A stretch of 34,222 nt of DNA. Source: a virus. The stretch's first letter is position 1. Each line of letters opens with the position of its first letter. This document shows positions 10,761-20,101 of this stretch, in pieces. The notes under the pieces were generated by a model. It searched no databases. It was not told the origin of the DNA and was given only the letters and a program-made list of their open reading frames with translations. The stretch lies in the UHGV virus genome UHGV-0086334; one strand, given 5' to 3'. Made by a program: the position numbers and the translations under genes.

Positions 10761-12140
10761 ATGTACAACAACCTCTATGCCCTCACAGAAAGCCTTTTCT
10801 GGGTTGATCGACTTTTAGATCAGGAATATGAAAATATTGGATTGAATGAATTGCTAATTGAGTTAGATGAATATAATAAAAGAATAGATTCACTGATTAT
10901 CGAGCAAGCAAATTCTGTACAGGAGTCTCGGCTAAATGTTTACATGGCGGGAAATCGTAATATTGAAAGGTATAAGAGTGGACTGTTTTCAATGGACAGA
11001 GTCATTCTTGATGATGTTCTGTATTCATTGAGCCTACGATACAGAGTGAGTCTAACAGAAAATGCATTTGAAAAAATTATTGTAAGCGATAGAAAAGAGA
11101 AGGTTGAACATCTCAGGAAGGAAATTGCTAGATTTATCAGGTTTGCTAAAGAAAACTTTGATCTTATCCGTGGTGAGTTTATCGTTTTTGTACGAAGCGA
11201 ATCTTCTATTAAAGATTCGGAGAGGGCCAATGGAATTTTAGACGATAACTCTGATGCTAATTTTATATATCGATATCTCCCTCCTAACATTGCCCGTCTT
11301 TATGAAAATAGACTATCCGTAAAGAATATAGAACGTCTAGGTAATACAAATAAAATTCGGTTATTAAACAAAAATGTTTTATCGAATGAAATTATGTTGG
11401 AAATTAAAGACTGTGAAAGTTTATATACAAATGGATATATGTATCAACATATAAAAAATGCCATTGATAATGATGATGGCTCCATATCTATGGAGCTTGT
11501 CATGGGAAATCATAGCGGAAAAAAAAGTTATGAACGGTGGGTGCAGGGAGCAAAAAACCGTACGGTTCTCTTTCATTATAAAAACCTTATTACTGACCTT
11601 AACCAAGCGCATTCATGTAGAGCATCCCTGGGTGCATATTGCCCGTTTCATGGAGAGATTCTTCGTAAACTTGATCAAAAGAATGAAGTTCAGAGGGTTA
11701 AACTCTCTATAGACGTTCCATTCTTAGAGGGACTGACTCCAAGTGAACTCTACAAAATTAGAACTGACTACGAGCCGAGTTTTAATTCTTTCCGCTCTGT
11801 ACTACGTGAAGCTGCGTATGATATAGAAGCAGAAAGTGATCCATATAAGAGACAACTAATAAATCAACATTTTGTCGAGCGGGTGTGGGATGAAGGATTG
11901 ACAGATATTGAGCAAAAAATACAAGCCTATAAGCGGAAGAGTAAAAAAGAACTTTTTCTTAACAGTGTGCCTTCATTGATAGGTTTTATTGGTGCACCAA
12001 ATCCAGTGTCGTTGGCTACAGGAGCTTTTACGATTCTAAAAGATGTCTTTAATATTACAAGCCATTCTTTAGAAATAAAGAGCCACCCTTCATATTTCCT
12101 TCTCATGATGTCAAAAGCCAAAAACAAACCTTATGACTGA
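10761..12140 (+). CDS. Hypothetical protein (459 aa), AT-rich cassette 1
   Basis: Long ORF with Lys/Asn/Ile-rich composition unlike surrounding phage genes; no motif I can assign. Confidence 0.55.
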   Translation: MYNNLYALTESLFWVDRLLDQEYENIGLNELLIELDEYNKRIDSLIIEQANSVQESRLNVYMAGNRNIERYKSGLFSMDRVILDDVLYSLSLRYRVSLTENAFEKIIVSDRKEKVEHLRKEIARFIRFAKENFDLIRGEFIVFVRSESSIKDSERANGILDDNSDANFIYRYLPPNIARLYENRLSVKNIERLGNTNKIRLLNKNVLSNEIMLEIKDCESLYTNGYMYQHIKNAIDNDDGSISMELVMGNHSGKKSYERWVQGAKNRTVLFHYKNLITDLNQAHSCRASLGAYCPFHGEILRKLDQKNEVQRVKLSIDVPFLEGLTPSELYKIRTDYEPSFNSFRSVLREAAYDIEAESDPYKRQLINQHFVERVWDEGLTDIEQKIQAYKRKSKKELFLNSVPSLIGFIGAPNPVSLATGAFTILKDVFNITSHSLEIKSHPSYFLLMMSKAKNKPYD

Positions 12141-12248
12141 GGCAGTAGAAAATAAAGTGAAAATATATTCACTTAAGAAAGATGGTTCTAAAGGGACATA
12201 ATTAGATTAACCCAGTGACCTGTTCCCCTTGAATCAACATAGGCTGTT

Positions 12249-12320
12249 GTTAGCTACTTCCGCTTCTGACACGAAGCGGACAAAAAACTGAAGGTCCGCT
12301 GTGAGCGAGGAGCGGAAGTT
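12249..12320 (+). repeat. Structured cassette-boundary repeat, copy 2
   Basis: GTTAGCTA, 8-bp-stem hairpin TCCGCTTC/GAAGCGGA (12259..12280), ACTGAAGG, second hairpin TCCGCT-gtgagcgagg-AGCGGA, ends GCGGAAGTT. Confidence 0.6.
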
Positions 12321-12463
12321 GATTTTATTGAGAGTAAAACAGATCTATAGTAAATGGTCTTGTTATGTAGGGGATTTACGATAATTTTACTACCAAGGTC
12401 GTTAAAAATTCATATGAAATATCAACGATAGTGACCTATTTTTCATAAGGCCACTATATGAAT

Positions 12464-13126
12464 CTATTGTTCTATTTTAATTTTATTTAACGTTATAGGG
12501 GCTGGGTTATAGCTAGGTATATATAATATCTCACTCCCTAGCTTGCGCTCTTTTATATTTACTTCTTTAGCGACAAGGTTACCGTCATACAACCTAATAA
12601 TCACGTAGTCTTTAGATTGATCATGAAAGTAACTAAATTCTTTTTTTAATGACGCTTGTTGTAAACCAATTAAGAAACTAAATGTCATTATGGCAATAAG
12701 GGGAAGGGTTGCAGACCAAATTAAATAACTTGGATTACGTTTATGATTTTTAACAATTTTGTATATAATATAAGTAACTGTTGCTATCGATAAACTTAAA
12801 ACGAAAAAACCACCATATTCAGTCTTATGTCTATAAGACTGAACAATAAAAACAATCATGATAAAAACTGTAACTGCAGTAACTTTAACTGCTTTTACTT
12901 TACTTTCAGGCCATGGAGTAAAAAACATCAACATAACACAAATTATATTAAAAAATAAATATGACATACCCACGAATAAAAATTTAGAATCTAACGTTAT
13001 AAACTCCATAGGATAATCAAAATGATATGCATAGCCATATTCAAATGAAATTGCAGACATATAAGATAGAACAGTTATTGCCAATATTAGCAAGGCTTCC
13101 TTGCTTTTTATAAAGTCAATTATCAT
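12464..13126 (-). CDS. Integral membrane protein (220 aa), AT-rich cassette 2
   Basis: Several hydrophobic helices in N-terminal 150 aa followed by a soluble C-terminal domain. Confidence 0.55.
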   Translation of the reverse strand: MIIDFIKSKEALLILAITVLSYMSAISFEYGYAYHFDYPMEFITLDSKFLFVGMSYLFFNIICVMLMFFTPWPESKVKAVKVTAVTVFIMIVFIVQSYRHKTEYGGFFVLSLSIATVTYIIYKIVKNHKRNPSYLIWSATLPLIAIMTFSFLIGLQQASLKKEFSYFHDQSKDYVIIRLYDGNLVAKEVNIKERKLGSEILYIPSYNPAPITLNKIKIEQ

Positions 13127-13441
13127 GATGTTTGTTTTTTAATGAATAAAATAATCACTTACCAGACAGTTAATCTTCTTAATTGTCATTGTGTTAAGTG
13201 AACCCCGAATTTTTCTCAGTTCTTCTGAAGAAGTCCTCACGTATATGATAACAACCAAAAAAATTTTTTTCACTAATTATACTAAAATCCATGAAGAATC
13301 AGCAGTGTGAAGCAGGGAGAATCTCTAACAAGAGACGCCGTCATTTTGTAAATTTCCCGGCAAACCAGATCATCTGCTTTTAGACATAGGATTCAATGTG
13401 CTATTACGGCGAGCTGTTCCCACAGATTGATGGAGATAGAT

Positions 13442-13519
13442 GTTAGCAATGCCCGCTTTTGGTACGAAGCGGGCAAGCTAACTGAGTTGAAATTTCGCTG
13501 TGAGCGAGGAGCGGAAGTT
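13442..13519 (+). repeat. Structured cassette-boundary repeat, copy 3
   Basis: GTTAGCAA, hairpin GCCCGCTT/AAGCGGGC (13451..13474), ACTGAG, TCGCTGTGAGCGAGGAGCGGAAGTT nearly identical to copy 2. Confidence 0.6.
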
Positions 13520-13604
13520 CGTAATTGTTCTCGCAGCTAGGGTAGCTAAAAGACACGGCAGGCAAATGTCTACATGTAGGATACACTTGCTATTATCAAG
13601 AATT

Positions 13605-14384
13605 TTAGTCCTGAAGCATTTTAACTTTCTTCTCATGTTTTTTATATTCGCCATTTATCCATTCAGGTTCTTCCCGAATAGCTGAGCGCATACAGTATGT
13701 TGGGATATCATTCCAGAAAGCTGTAATCGCATCTGCAAACTCTATAAACTGTGTTTCTGTAACCTCAAGTTGCTCATGACGTAGACTAAATCTGTAGCCT
13801 CTTGGAATATTGATATCCTGATAATACTCAGGATGCGCGACGGAAAGCACCCGATGGGCATGGCCATCACCGTGCTTATAAACATTAACCACTTGGCGAC
13901 AGGCATCGATTTTTTCGTAATAAGCCTTGCTGGTGATATCCATCCCAATCCATTCTAGAATTTCAATTAGCCTTGGGAAGCTAATGTCCCAGATCATCGA
14001 TGTTACGGATTTAGCGTCGAGCCAATGGCTGAATTCTCTGATACACTTCTCTCTAAGTTCCTTGTCGAACTGATGAAACATTCCTGCTGTCAGAGCAAGT
14101 GAAACCGTATTTTTCATATCACTGAGAGCAATCCAATGTGAAATTCCTTCATCATGAGCCTGTTCACAGATAGCCCCTTCGTCGTCATAATCGGGGTCAA
14201 AACGCTTACCGGCGGCCTCATAGTAATCTTGTTCTCTCTGCCTGGCTTCAGCTTCAAGATCAGAATCGCTAAACTGCGAAAATAGACGCTTTCTGGCTTC
14301 AGCAACATAAAAATTGTGTTTGTCGAGGAAGTAAGACCGATCAATGGTTGCAAAATAAAAAAGTGAAAAATCTTTGTTGCTCAT
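13605..14384 (-). CDS. Hypothetical protein (259 aa), AT-rich cassette 3
   Basis: ORF track; acidic, no recognisable motif. Confidence 0.5.
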   Translation of the reverse strand: MSNKDFSLFYFATIDRSYFLDKHNFYVAEARKRLFSQFSDSDLEAEARQREQDYYEAAGKRFDPDYDDEGAICEQAHDEGISHWIALSDMKNTVSLALTAGMFHQFDKELREKCIREFSHWLDAKSVTSMIWDISFPRLIEILEWIGMDITSKAYYEKIDACRQVVNVYKHGDGHAHRVLSVAHPEYYQDINIPRGYRFSLRHEQLEVTETQFIEFADAITAFWNDIPTYCMRSAIREEPEWINGEYKKHEKKVKMLQD

Positions 14385-14798
14385 GGGGATCTCCCTCGTT
14401 TTGTCAGTTGTACAAGCCCCTGGAAGTAGGCTACTAATAAAGAAAAAATTACCTTTGAATAACTGTGCAAGATAGCAGTACGCCTAAAAGTAGTGCAAGT
14501 ATCCCAACCAGGATAACGATGCGTTTTCAAATATCTGACTTAACGCTTGCGATATCCGCTCTGGCAACAAAGTGGACTGTCAGATTAAATTTGTCTTCAC
14601 GCCATAGATGTGTCAGCTCATATCTTATCTAATACACACAACATTCTCTCATTCTTAGAGAATTAATCTTTTAAGGGTAGGTGTTGACGTTAGAACAAAA
14701 GAATAGATATTTTTGAAGCATATAATATGAGCTATAACCATAGGACGCATATAAAAGCTTACGGTGTGGTCTTATAATTTGGCACAAATGATTTACTA

Positions 14799-14826
14799 AC
14801 CCGCTTCGGCGGGTCTTCTTTTTTAT
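14799..14826 (+). terminator. Intrinsic terminator
   Basis: CCCGC-ttcg-GCGGG followed by TCTTCTTTTTTAT. Confidence 0.55.
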
Positions 14827-14830
14827 AGAC

Positions 14831-14843
14831 TTCACGATGTGAA
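14831..14843. promoter_or_regulatory. Palindromic operator-like site TTCACGATGTGAA
   Basis: Near-perfect palindrome about 50 bp upstream of ORF 14894; a second copy lies upstream of the next ORF. Confidence 0.35.
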
Positions 14844-14893
14844 AACGAATAATAAATTGTGCAAATAATGCAGTTTTATTATTCGAGGTAATT

Positions 14894-15535
14894 ATGAAAA
14901 CCCTCTATGAGGACTGGCCTGAAACTTTCGTTAGCCGATTAGATATGTTACGAGCTCTGGATGATCGCGGCTCGACCCGGAGGCTCTATCTTGAGCGGAC
15001 CGGGGCAATATTTGACGCTCTGGCAGAAGAGATACGTACAGCCGTTACCAGGCATCCTGAAATCGACGCGAGTGAACTTGATATCGGGCCGCTGTATCGC
15101 TATTACAAACGTGGAGAAAAGGGGAATCCGCTGGCTGACTTACTTATTGAGTTGGCTCCACCAACTTGTGAACGGGTTCGTATATCTCCTGAAGTGTACA
15201 CAATCCCGTATCTGTTTTTTGCACTGTTGATAGCGCAAGGCGCTGACAACGATGCCCGCGATTTTTTCAATATGATGATGCGACCGTTAATCATCGCCTA
15301 CCGTTTCAAACAACTGGCGCGTTACCTTGGCACTAAGGGCGGAGGACGACCACAGCACAGATTAAAAAGCGAAGCCATTGAACTGGCTGATCGTTTTTTT
15401 ACTGAAAACCCGACAGCGCCATTATCGCGTGGTGTGCAATACATATCCGGTATTTTTGTGGCGAAATACTCTGACCCACCTGCAGCGTCGACGATTAGAA
15501 AATGGTTAATTTCAATTTACAGGAGTGATAAATAA
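14894..15535 (+). CDS. Hypothetical protein (213 aa)
   Basis: ORF track; stop followed by inverted repeat AAACGGTTT/AAACCGTTT (15544..15572). Confidence 0.5.
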   Translation: MKTLYEDWPETFVSRLDMLRALDDRGSTRRLYLERTGAIFDALAEEIRTAVTRHPEIDASELDIGPLYRYYKRGEKGNPLADLLIELAPPTCERVRISPEVYTIPYLFFALLIAQGADNDARDFFNMMMRPLIIAYRFKQLARYLGTKGGGRPQHRLKSEAIELADRFFTENPTAPLSRGVQYISGIFVAKYSDPPAASTIRKWLISIYRSDK

Positions 15536-15578
15536 TGACCATAAACGGTTTAATCCCCTATAAAACCGTTTAATAAAA

Positions 15579-15591
15579 TTCACGACGTGAA
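15579..15591. promoter_or_regulatory. Palindromic operator-like site TTCACGACGTGAA
   Basis: Second copy of the TTCACGAYGTGAA palindrome, about 95 bp upstream of ATG 15687. Confidence 0.35.
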
Positions 15592-15686
15592 TATAATTGT
15601 TCATTATTCCCTCATTGTATTTGGCGTTATGACAAATGCCATAAAATACTGTATAAATGTACAGGTAATGGCGTTAGGGGGAAGAC

Positions 15687-15866
15687 ATGAATATTCAAGA
15701 ATCTATAGGCGAACTACCGGAAACATGCCGGGCTGTTATCAAGCGTAAGGACGGACACATCGTTGGTGTGCGTGTTCTGACCGATGATGAACGGATTGCC
15801 AGCCTGATGGCGTTTCTCGAGTTGGCAGAAATAGCTGGATATACTATTACACCCCCTGACGCGTAA
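15687..15866 (+). CDS. Small hypothetical protein (59 aa)
   Basis: My reading: ATG 15687 preceded by GGGGGAAG; translation MNIQESIGELPETCRAVIKRKDGHIVGVRVLTDDERIASLMAFLELAEIAGYTITPPDA. Confidence 0.3.
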   Translation: MNIQESIGELPETCRAVIKRKDGHIVGVRVLTDDERIASLMAFLELAEIAGYTITPPDA

Positions 15867-15943
15867 AACACGGTATAATACTGGTGCTGGATTGAACACC
15901 CGGCACCATTTTCTGAACACTGCCGCGCCACCTGGAGTTAACC

Positions 15944-16540
15944 ATGGCGCAGCATTCATTTATCAGGGTATCCGGCGGTTCGCTAATACCCGCGACACCA
16001 GACACGCAACGCTGGTTGACTGAACGAGTCAAACCAGGTGCTGTTGTGTATGCAGATTTCAAACAGGCGCGTAATCCCGCGTTTCATCGTAAATTTTTCT
16101 CACTTCTCAACCTGGGCTTTGATTACTGGCATCCGTCCGGAGGGGCTATTTCCCCTGCGGAGCGCGAACTGGTTCACGGCTACGTTAAGTTACTGGCGTA
16201 TTACGGTGGACACGGTGATGTCATGGCAGAGCTGGCTGATCAGTATCTTCTCGATGAGTCGGAAAAGCGCGCGGGGAATATCAGTGCGGTGAAGTCGTTC
16301 GAGGCGTTTCGCGCATGGGCGATTATGGAAGCTGGGTTTTATGACGTTCATCAGATGCCAGACGGCAGTTTGATGCGCGTACCTCGTTCAATCTCGTTTG
16401 CTGCGATGGACGATCTTGAGTTCGGTCAACTGTATTCAGCCGTTTTAGATGTGCTGTGGAATTATATTTTGTTCCGCACGTTTGCCTCTCAGGAGGCCGC
16501 TGAAAATGCTGCCGCGCAGCTGCTGGATTACACATCATGA
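15944..16540 (+). CDS. Phage protein, DUF1367-like
   Basis: 198 aa; FHRKFFSLLNLGFDYWHP block matches my recollection of DUF1367 proteins of lambdoid prophages. Confidence 0.5.
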   Translation: MAQHSFIRVSGGSLIPATPDTQRWLTERVKPGAVVYADFKQARNPAFHRKFFSLLNLGFDYWHPSGGAISPAERELVHGYVKLLAYYGGHGDVMAELADQYLLDESEKRAGNISAVKSFEAFRAWAIMEAGFYDVHQMPDGSLMRVPRSISFAAMDDLEFGQLYSAVLDVLWNYILFRTFASQEAAENAAAQLLDYTS

Positions 16541-16830
16541 AAAAAATCGACCTGAGAAAAGCTGCACGTGGTCGCGCTTGTACTGTGCGTATCCCCGGTG
16601 TGTGCAATCACAATCCTGAAACCAGCGTACTGGCTCATTATCGTCTCGCCGGAACGTGCGGCACAGCCATCAAACCTCACGATATGCAGGGCGCTATCGC
16701 CTGTAGTGCGTGTCACGATGCCATCGACGGACGTACAAAAACGGATTACGGGCACGACTCATTGTTGTTGATGCACGCTGAGGGAGTTTTCAGAACACTG
16801 GCTATCTGGCGCGATGAGGAGTTTATCTGA
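16537..16830 (+). CDS. YbcO-like (DUF1364) putative nuclease
   Basis: 97 aa; DLRKAARGRACTVRIPGVCNHNPETSVLAHYRL and ACSACHDAIDGR Cys/His pattern recalls E. coli YbcO. Confidence 0.65.
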   Translation: MKKIDLRKAARGRACTVRIPGVCNHNPETSVLAHYRLAGTCGTAIKPHDMQGAIACSACHDAIDGRTKTDYGHDSLLLMHAEGVFRTLAIWRDEEFI

Positions 16831-17501
16831 TGAGTAACGAGTATTTATTGGAATATACCCGCATAAAACTGCGCGCTGCATTGCGGGATTTGTCTGGTGG
16901 TTCTAAGGGGCAACTGGAAGCATTGTGTGAGCACCCACCGGCAGACAAAAACGCATACCCACGCAAACATATTCACCGTGTGCAGCTGGAGGACCGGACC
17001 GTTGATGCTCTGGTTACGCCAGTTTACGCTCTGGAAAGTTTCAGCAGACGTCGCCCCGCGCCGCCGATGAGTGATTTTGAATTTGCTGATTCATCCTGGC
17101 GGCGTTCTGTGAACTCGCTGGATGCAAGTCAGCAAGCGTGGTTGCGTTATTGCTACGGTGGTAACCTGGCATTCAAACACCAAACAGCTATTTGTGAGGC
17201 TGTCTGGAGTCGCTATAAAGGAAACATCCCCGCGTCAACTCAGAGAAAAGTAGTTAAGCGCCTGCTTTCGTTGGTGTGGTTGTCCGTGCAGGCGGTCGCA
17301 GCATCAAATAAACGCGAAGATTTTAAGGAGATGGCCGGATCTGCGCTAGCTGGAATGTTGTCTGTTTCTCGTTCCACCTGGTGCGAAACATACTCCCCGC
17401 ACTGGGCAGGAATGAAAGAGGCGGTGAGAGCACTTGATGAAGTGGCACTTCTTGCAACTTTGCATCATTATCAAAACCATTTAGACGACGTTTGCGTATA
17501 A
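16830..17501 (+). CDS. Putative late-gene antiterminator (Q-like); function inferred from position
   Basis: 223 aa between nin-like nuclease and holin, followed by a 112-bp intergenic region; sequence assignment weak. Confidence 0.4.
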   Translation: MSNEYLLEYTRIKLRAALRDLSGGSKGQLEALCEHPPADKNAYPRKHIHRVQLEDRTVDALVTPVYALESFSRRRPAPPMSDFEFADSSWRRSVNSLDASQQAWLRYCYGGNLAFKHQTAICEAVWSRYKGNIPASTQRKVVKRLLSLVWLSVQAVAASNKREDFKEMAGSALAGMLSVSRSTWCETYSPHWAGMKEAVRALDEVALLATLHHYQNHLDDVCV

Positions 17502-17613
17502 TGCTTGCAAAACCGAACAAAATAGGCCATATTTAACGCTAATTTGGTATATTGCCAAATTTCTAAGAACCTCGCCACGGCGGGGTTTTGTCGTTTCTGA
17601 ATCAGGAAAAATC

Positions 17614-17997
17614 ATGTCTGAACCTCTAACCGCTGGCGTTGCTGCTGGCTCGGCGGGGGTGACGTTTGCTGCGTTATTTCCTGAGGCAACACCTGCAGTG
17701 ATGATCTGTGCGCTGGCAGGCGCAGCTCTCTATGTGTTGTCATCCGGGCAGCATCGATTCTGGAAGCAGGTTATTTTCGCACTCATTTCGTTTGTTGGCG
17801 GTGTGTATTGCGCTGAGACAGCGTCAGCAATCATTACCGGTATTCTGAACGCGGTGCTGAGTCACCTGAACCCTCCCGTAACAGTAAAAGTCTCTCCCGC
17901 CATTGGTGCACTGGTTGCATCAGTAATCAGCGTTACATCACTGTTGCGGATCATGTCACAAGCTCGTTTATGGAAATCAGATAAGGGGATGAAATAA
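17614..17997 (+). CDS. Putative holin
   Basis: 127 aa with three to four hydrophobic helices, first gene after the Q-like gene. Confidence 0.5.
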   Translation: MSEPLTAGVAAGSAGVTFAALFPEATPAVMICALAGAALYVLSSGQHRFWKQVIFALISFVGGVYCAETASAIITGILNAVLSHLNPPVTVKVSPAIGALVASVISVTSLLRIMSQARLWKSDKGMK

Positions 17998-18269
17998 TGA
18001 CCCTGCACTCTGTCCTCATCAATGCCAATGCAATTATCTGTCTGATGCTGGCATTGCGGTTAATGTTTTTTCAAAAAACAGGCCGCTATCGTTTTTTCAT
18101 CTCACTAACTGCTTACCTGGCGATTCTGTCTGCTGCGTGGATAGCCCTACGAATTTTTTACGGGAAATATACGCAGGTTGATCCCGCAGAGTTCTTTCTC
18201 AACCTCACCATCTGTATTGCTGTCTGGCGGGCACGAGGAAATATTTCAAAAATAACAGGAGACAGGTAA
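17997..18269 (+). CDS. Small membrane protein of the lysis cassette (holin or antiholin-like)
   Basis: 90 aa, three hydrophobic segments, start overlaps upstream stop and stop overlaps endolysin start. Confidence 0.4.
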   Translation: MTLHSVLINANAIICLMLALRLMFFQKTGRYRFFISLTAYLAILSAAWIALRIFYGKYTQVDPAEFFLNLTICIAVWRARGNISKITGDR

Positions 18270-18748
18270 TGACCGATCCTAAATGGCTAATTGAGGCACG
18301 AAAAAATCTCGGCATCCGGGAAATGAAAGGGAAGCAACATGCTGCAGAAATTGTGCAGTACTGGAAAGATATCAAACGCGGCGGTATTAAGGATGACGAA
18401 ACACCATGGTGCGCCGCCTTCACCGGAGCAATGCTGGAACGTGTTGGTATTCGCTCAACGCGTTTTGAGTCTGCGAATTCTTATCTCGATTGGGGTAATG
18501 AACTGAAGGAACCTGCCTATGGATGCATTGCTATTCTGTCTCGGTCTGGCGGTGGCCACGTTGGTTTTGTTGTCGGGAAAAATGCCGCCGGGGATTTAAT
18601 GATTTTGGGGGGCAACCAGGCAGATGAAGTAAATATCAAAGCTTTTCCTCGTTCCCGCGTAACAGGCTATCGCTGGCCAGCAGGTCAAACGGATGTTCCA
18701 CAATCACTTCCATTGGTGAATGCTGAGAAATCTATCTCAGAAGCGTAG
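18269..18748 (+). CDS. Endolysin, CHAP/NlpC-P60-type peptidase
   Basis: 159 aa; ETPWCAAF Cys and GGHVGFVVG His blocks suggest a cysteine peptidase; lysis-cassette position. Confidence 0.55.
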   Translation: MTDPKWLIEARKNLGIREMKGKQHAAEIVQYWKDIKRGGIKDDETPWCAAFTGAMLERVGIRSTRFESANSYLDWGNELKEPAYGCIAILSRSGGGHVGFVVGKNAAGDLMILGGNQADEVNIKAFPRSRVTGYRWPAGQTDVPQSLPLVNAEKSISEA

Positions 18749-18755
18749 GTAAAAC

Positions 18756-18923
18756 GTGAAAAAACTTCTCTTAGCTGTCGCGTTCTTCACGATGGCAGGC
18801 TGCACACATTCGACATACACCGAAGCGACTCGCGCTGACGGCAGCAGCATTAAACACGTGACGATCGCGCCGGGTACGAAGATTACTACTGCGAACGGTG
18901 GTTGTATTGATTCAACCGGTTAA
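18756..18923 (+). CDS. Small lipoprotein (55 aa), possible spanin-like lysis accessory
   Basis: My reading: GTG 18756; VKKLLLAVAFFTMAGCTHSTYTEATRADGSSIKHVTIAPGTKITTANGGCIDSTG with lipobox MAGC; directly after endolysin. Confidence 0.4.
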   Translation: MKKLLLAVAFFTMAGCTHSTYTEATRADGSSIKHVTIAPGTKITTANGGCIDSTG

Positions 18924-19180
18924 GGTAACCGATTTGACCATTTAGTTGCGCGCCAGTTGTTCTGAACCATAATCTCCTGAAGTATCTCATCTGAAGGCTC
19001 TGCTTCGCCGCTTAACCATTCTCGTAAAGTTGAACAATTTAGATAAGATGAGTTTGCACGATAAAAAGATACGATGGCGTCCTCTGATAACTTCTCAGGA
19101 AACTTTTTTGGATCAGCTTCTTTTAATATTACGCTCATTAAGGCTTCAATTTTTTCTCTGTTCATTTTTTGCGTTCTCAT
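18920..19180 (-). CDS. Hypothetical protein (86 aa)
   Basis: ORF track; opposite strand between lysis genes and cos, the position lambdoid phages use for morons; weak RBS. Confidence 0.3.
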   Translation of the reverse strand: MRTQKMNREKIEALMSVILKEADPKKFPEKLSEDAIVSFYRANSSYLNCSTLREWLSGEAEPSDEILQEIMVQNNWRATKWSNRLP

Positions 19181-19423
19181 GGTTGTTGTTTTTCTGTAAG
19201 GATATCAATAAGTTCAAGATATATACATATATGGAAAACTTGTGCGGTAGTCTATCGATACAGCGCAAAAGGATGACTCGCTACCAAAGTGAAAGCTTAC
19301 GCTGATAATCAGATACACAAAGCTGAGGTATGCAAACAAGTACGTCGCGAGGCTACAGTTGAGTTTAATGAACCTGATGCGAGCCCCCGATTCCTGTCCC
19401 GAAAGGGAGATAGCCCCCCTGGT

Positions 19424-19470
19424 CGCGGGTCCTTTCTGGTATCCAAAATACCGAGGGTCGGTAGACGCGC
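19424..19470 (+). promoter_or_regulatory. Putative cos region of the resident prophage (diverged)
   Basis: GCGGGTCCTTTCTGGTATCC resembles my recollection of lambda cosQ-proximal sequence; GGGTCGGTAGAC sits where the 12-nt cohesive end would be, about 70 bp before the small terminase. Confidence 0.35.
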
Positions 19471-19534
19471 AAAAACTCACTCGTTTTTAGTATTTTTTCA
19501 TTTTGGGTATTTCCGGTTCCGGTGAGGATTTTTA

Positions 19535-20101
19535 ATGGCAAGTCAGGCTGAGGTCGCAGCACATTTACTGCTATCTGATCGTCGTCTGCGCGATCTTGCA
19601 AAACTTCCGGGAGCCCCAGTCCCCCAAGGACGTGGCGATTGGGAACTTGACGCATGGCGCCATTTTTATATTCGTTATCTCCGGAGCAATAGACGCGACA
19701 CAACTAGTAATGACGAACCGGAAGCGGGGGACAATTCTCCCGAAAAAAATCGCGAGCAGTGGTTGAAAAATGAGGAACGGCAGGAGCGAATCCTGATGGC
19801 TCGCGTGAAACGCCGCATTCTTGCTAAACGCTACGCGCCAATTGAATTAATCAGCGTAGCTGTATCTCGCGTCGCAGTTGAATTACGTACCCGTGTCGAA
19901 TCGTGGCCACCACGGTTAAAAAAGGTGTGGCCGGAAATGCCGCAGGAGGCGAGCAGTGTATTACGAGAGGAGCTGGCAATAGCCCTGAATGAACTGGCAG
20001 ACATACGAATCGACTTCAGCGATTACGATGTCAGCGATATCGAACGCGATCTCGACAGGGTTGAATCCCTTGCGCGTGACGATACCGATGACGGGGGTTG
20101 A
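19535..20101 (+). CDS. Terminase small subunit (Nu1-type, diverged)
   Basis: 188 aa immediately upstream of and overlapping the large terminase; N-terminal winged-HTH-like region. Confidence 0.6.
   Translation: MASQAEVAAHLLLSDRRLRDLAKLPGAPVPQGRGDWELDAWRHFYIRYLRSNRRDTTSNDEPEAGDNSPEKNREQWLKNEERQERILMARVKRRILAKRYAPIELISVAVSRVAVELRTRVESWPPRLKKVWPEMPQEASSVLREELAIALNELADIRIDFSDYDVSDIERDLDRVESLARDDTDDGG

Noticed and set aside
10513-13519. Interpretation of the three structured repeats as integron attC sites or as a CRISPR array
   Set aside because: No proper RYYYAAC/GTTRRRY core pair and no integron integrase in the window; units are 1.2 to 1.7 kb apart with whole genes between them, so not CRISPR. 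Reported as an uncharacterised cassette-boundary repeat instead.
17571-17590. Possible tR'-like terminator after the Q-like gene
   Set aside because: Only a 4-bp stem with a 2-nt loop before the T-run; too weak to call a terminator, although a late promoter is expected in this intergenic region.
19030-19525. Plus-strand ORFs 19030..19305 and 19289..19525 in the cos-proximal region
   Set aside because: Low-complexity translations, no RBS, overlap the putative cos region and the minus-strand ORF; treated as non-coding.
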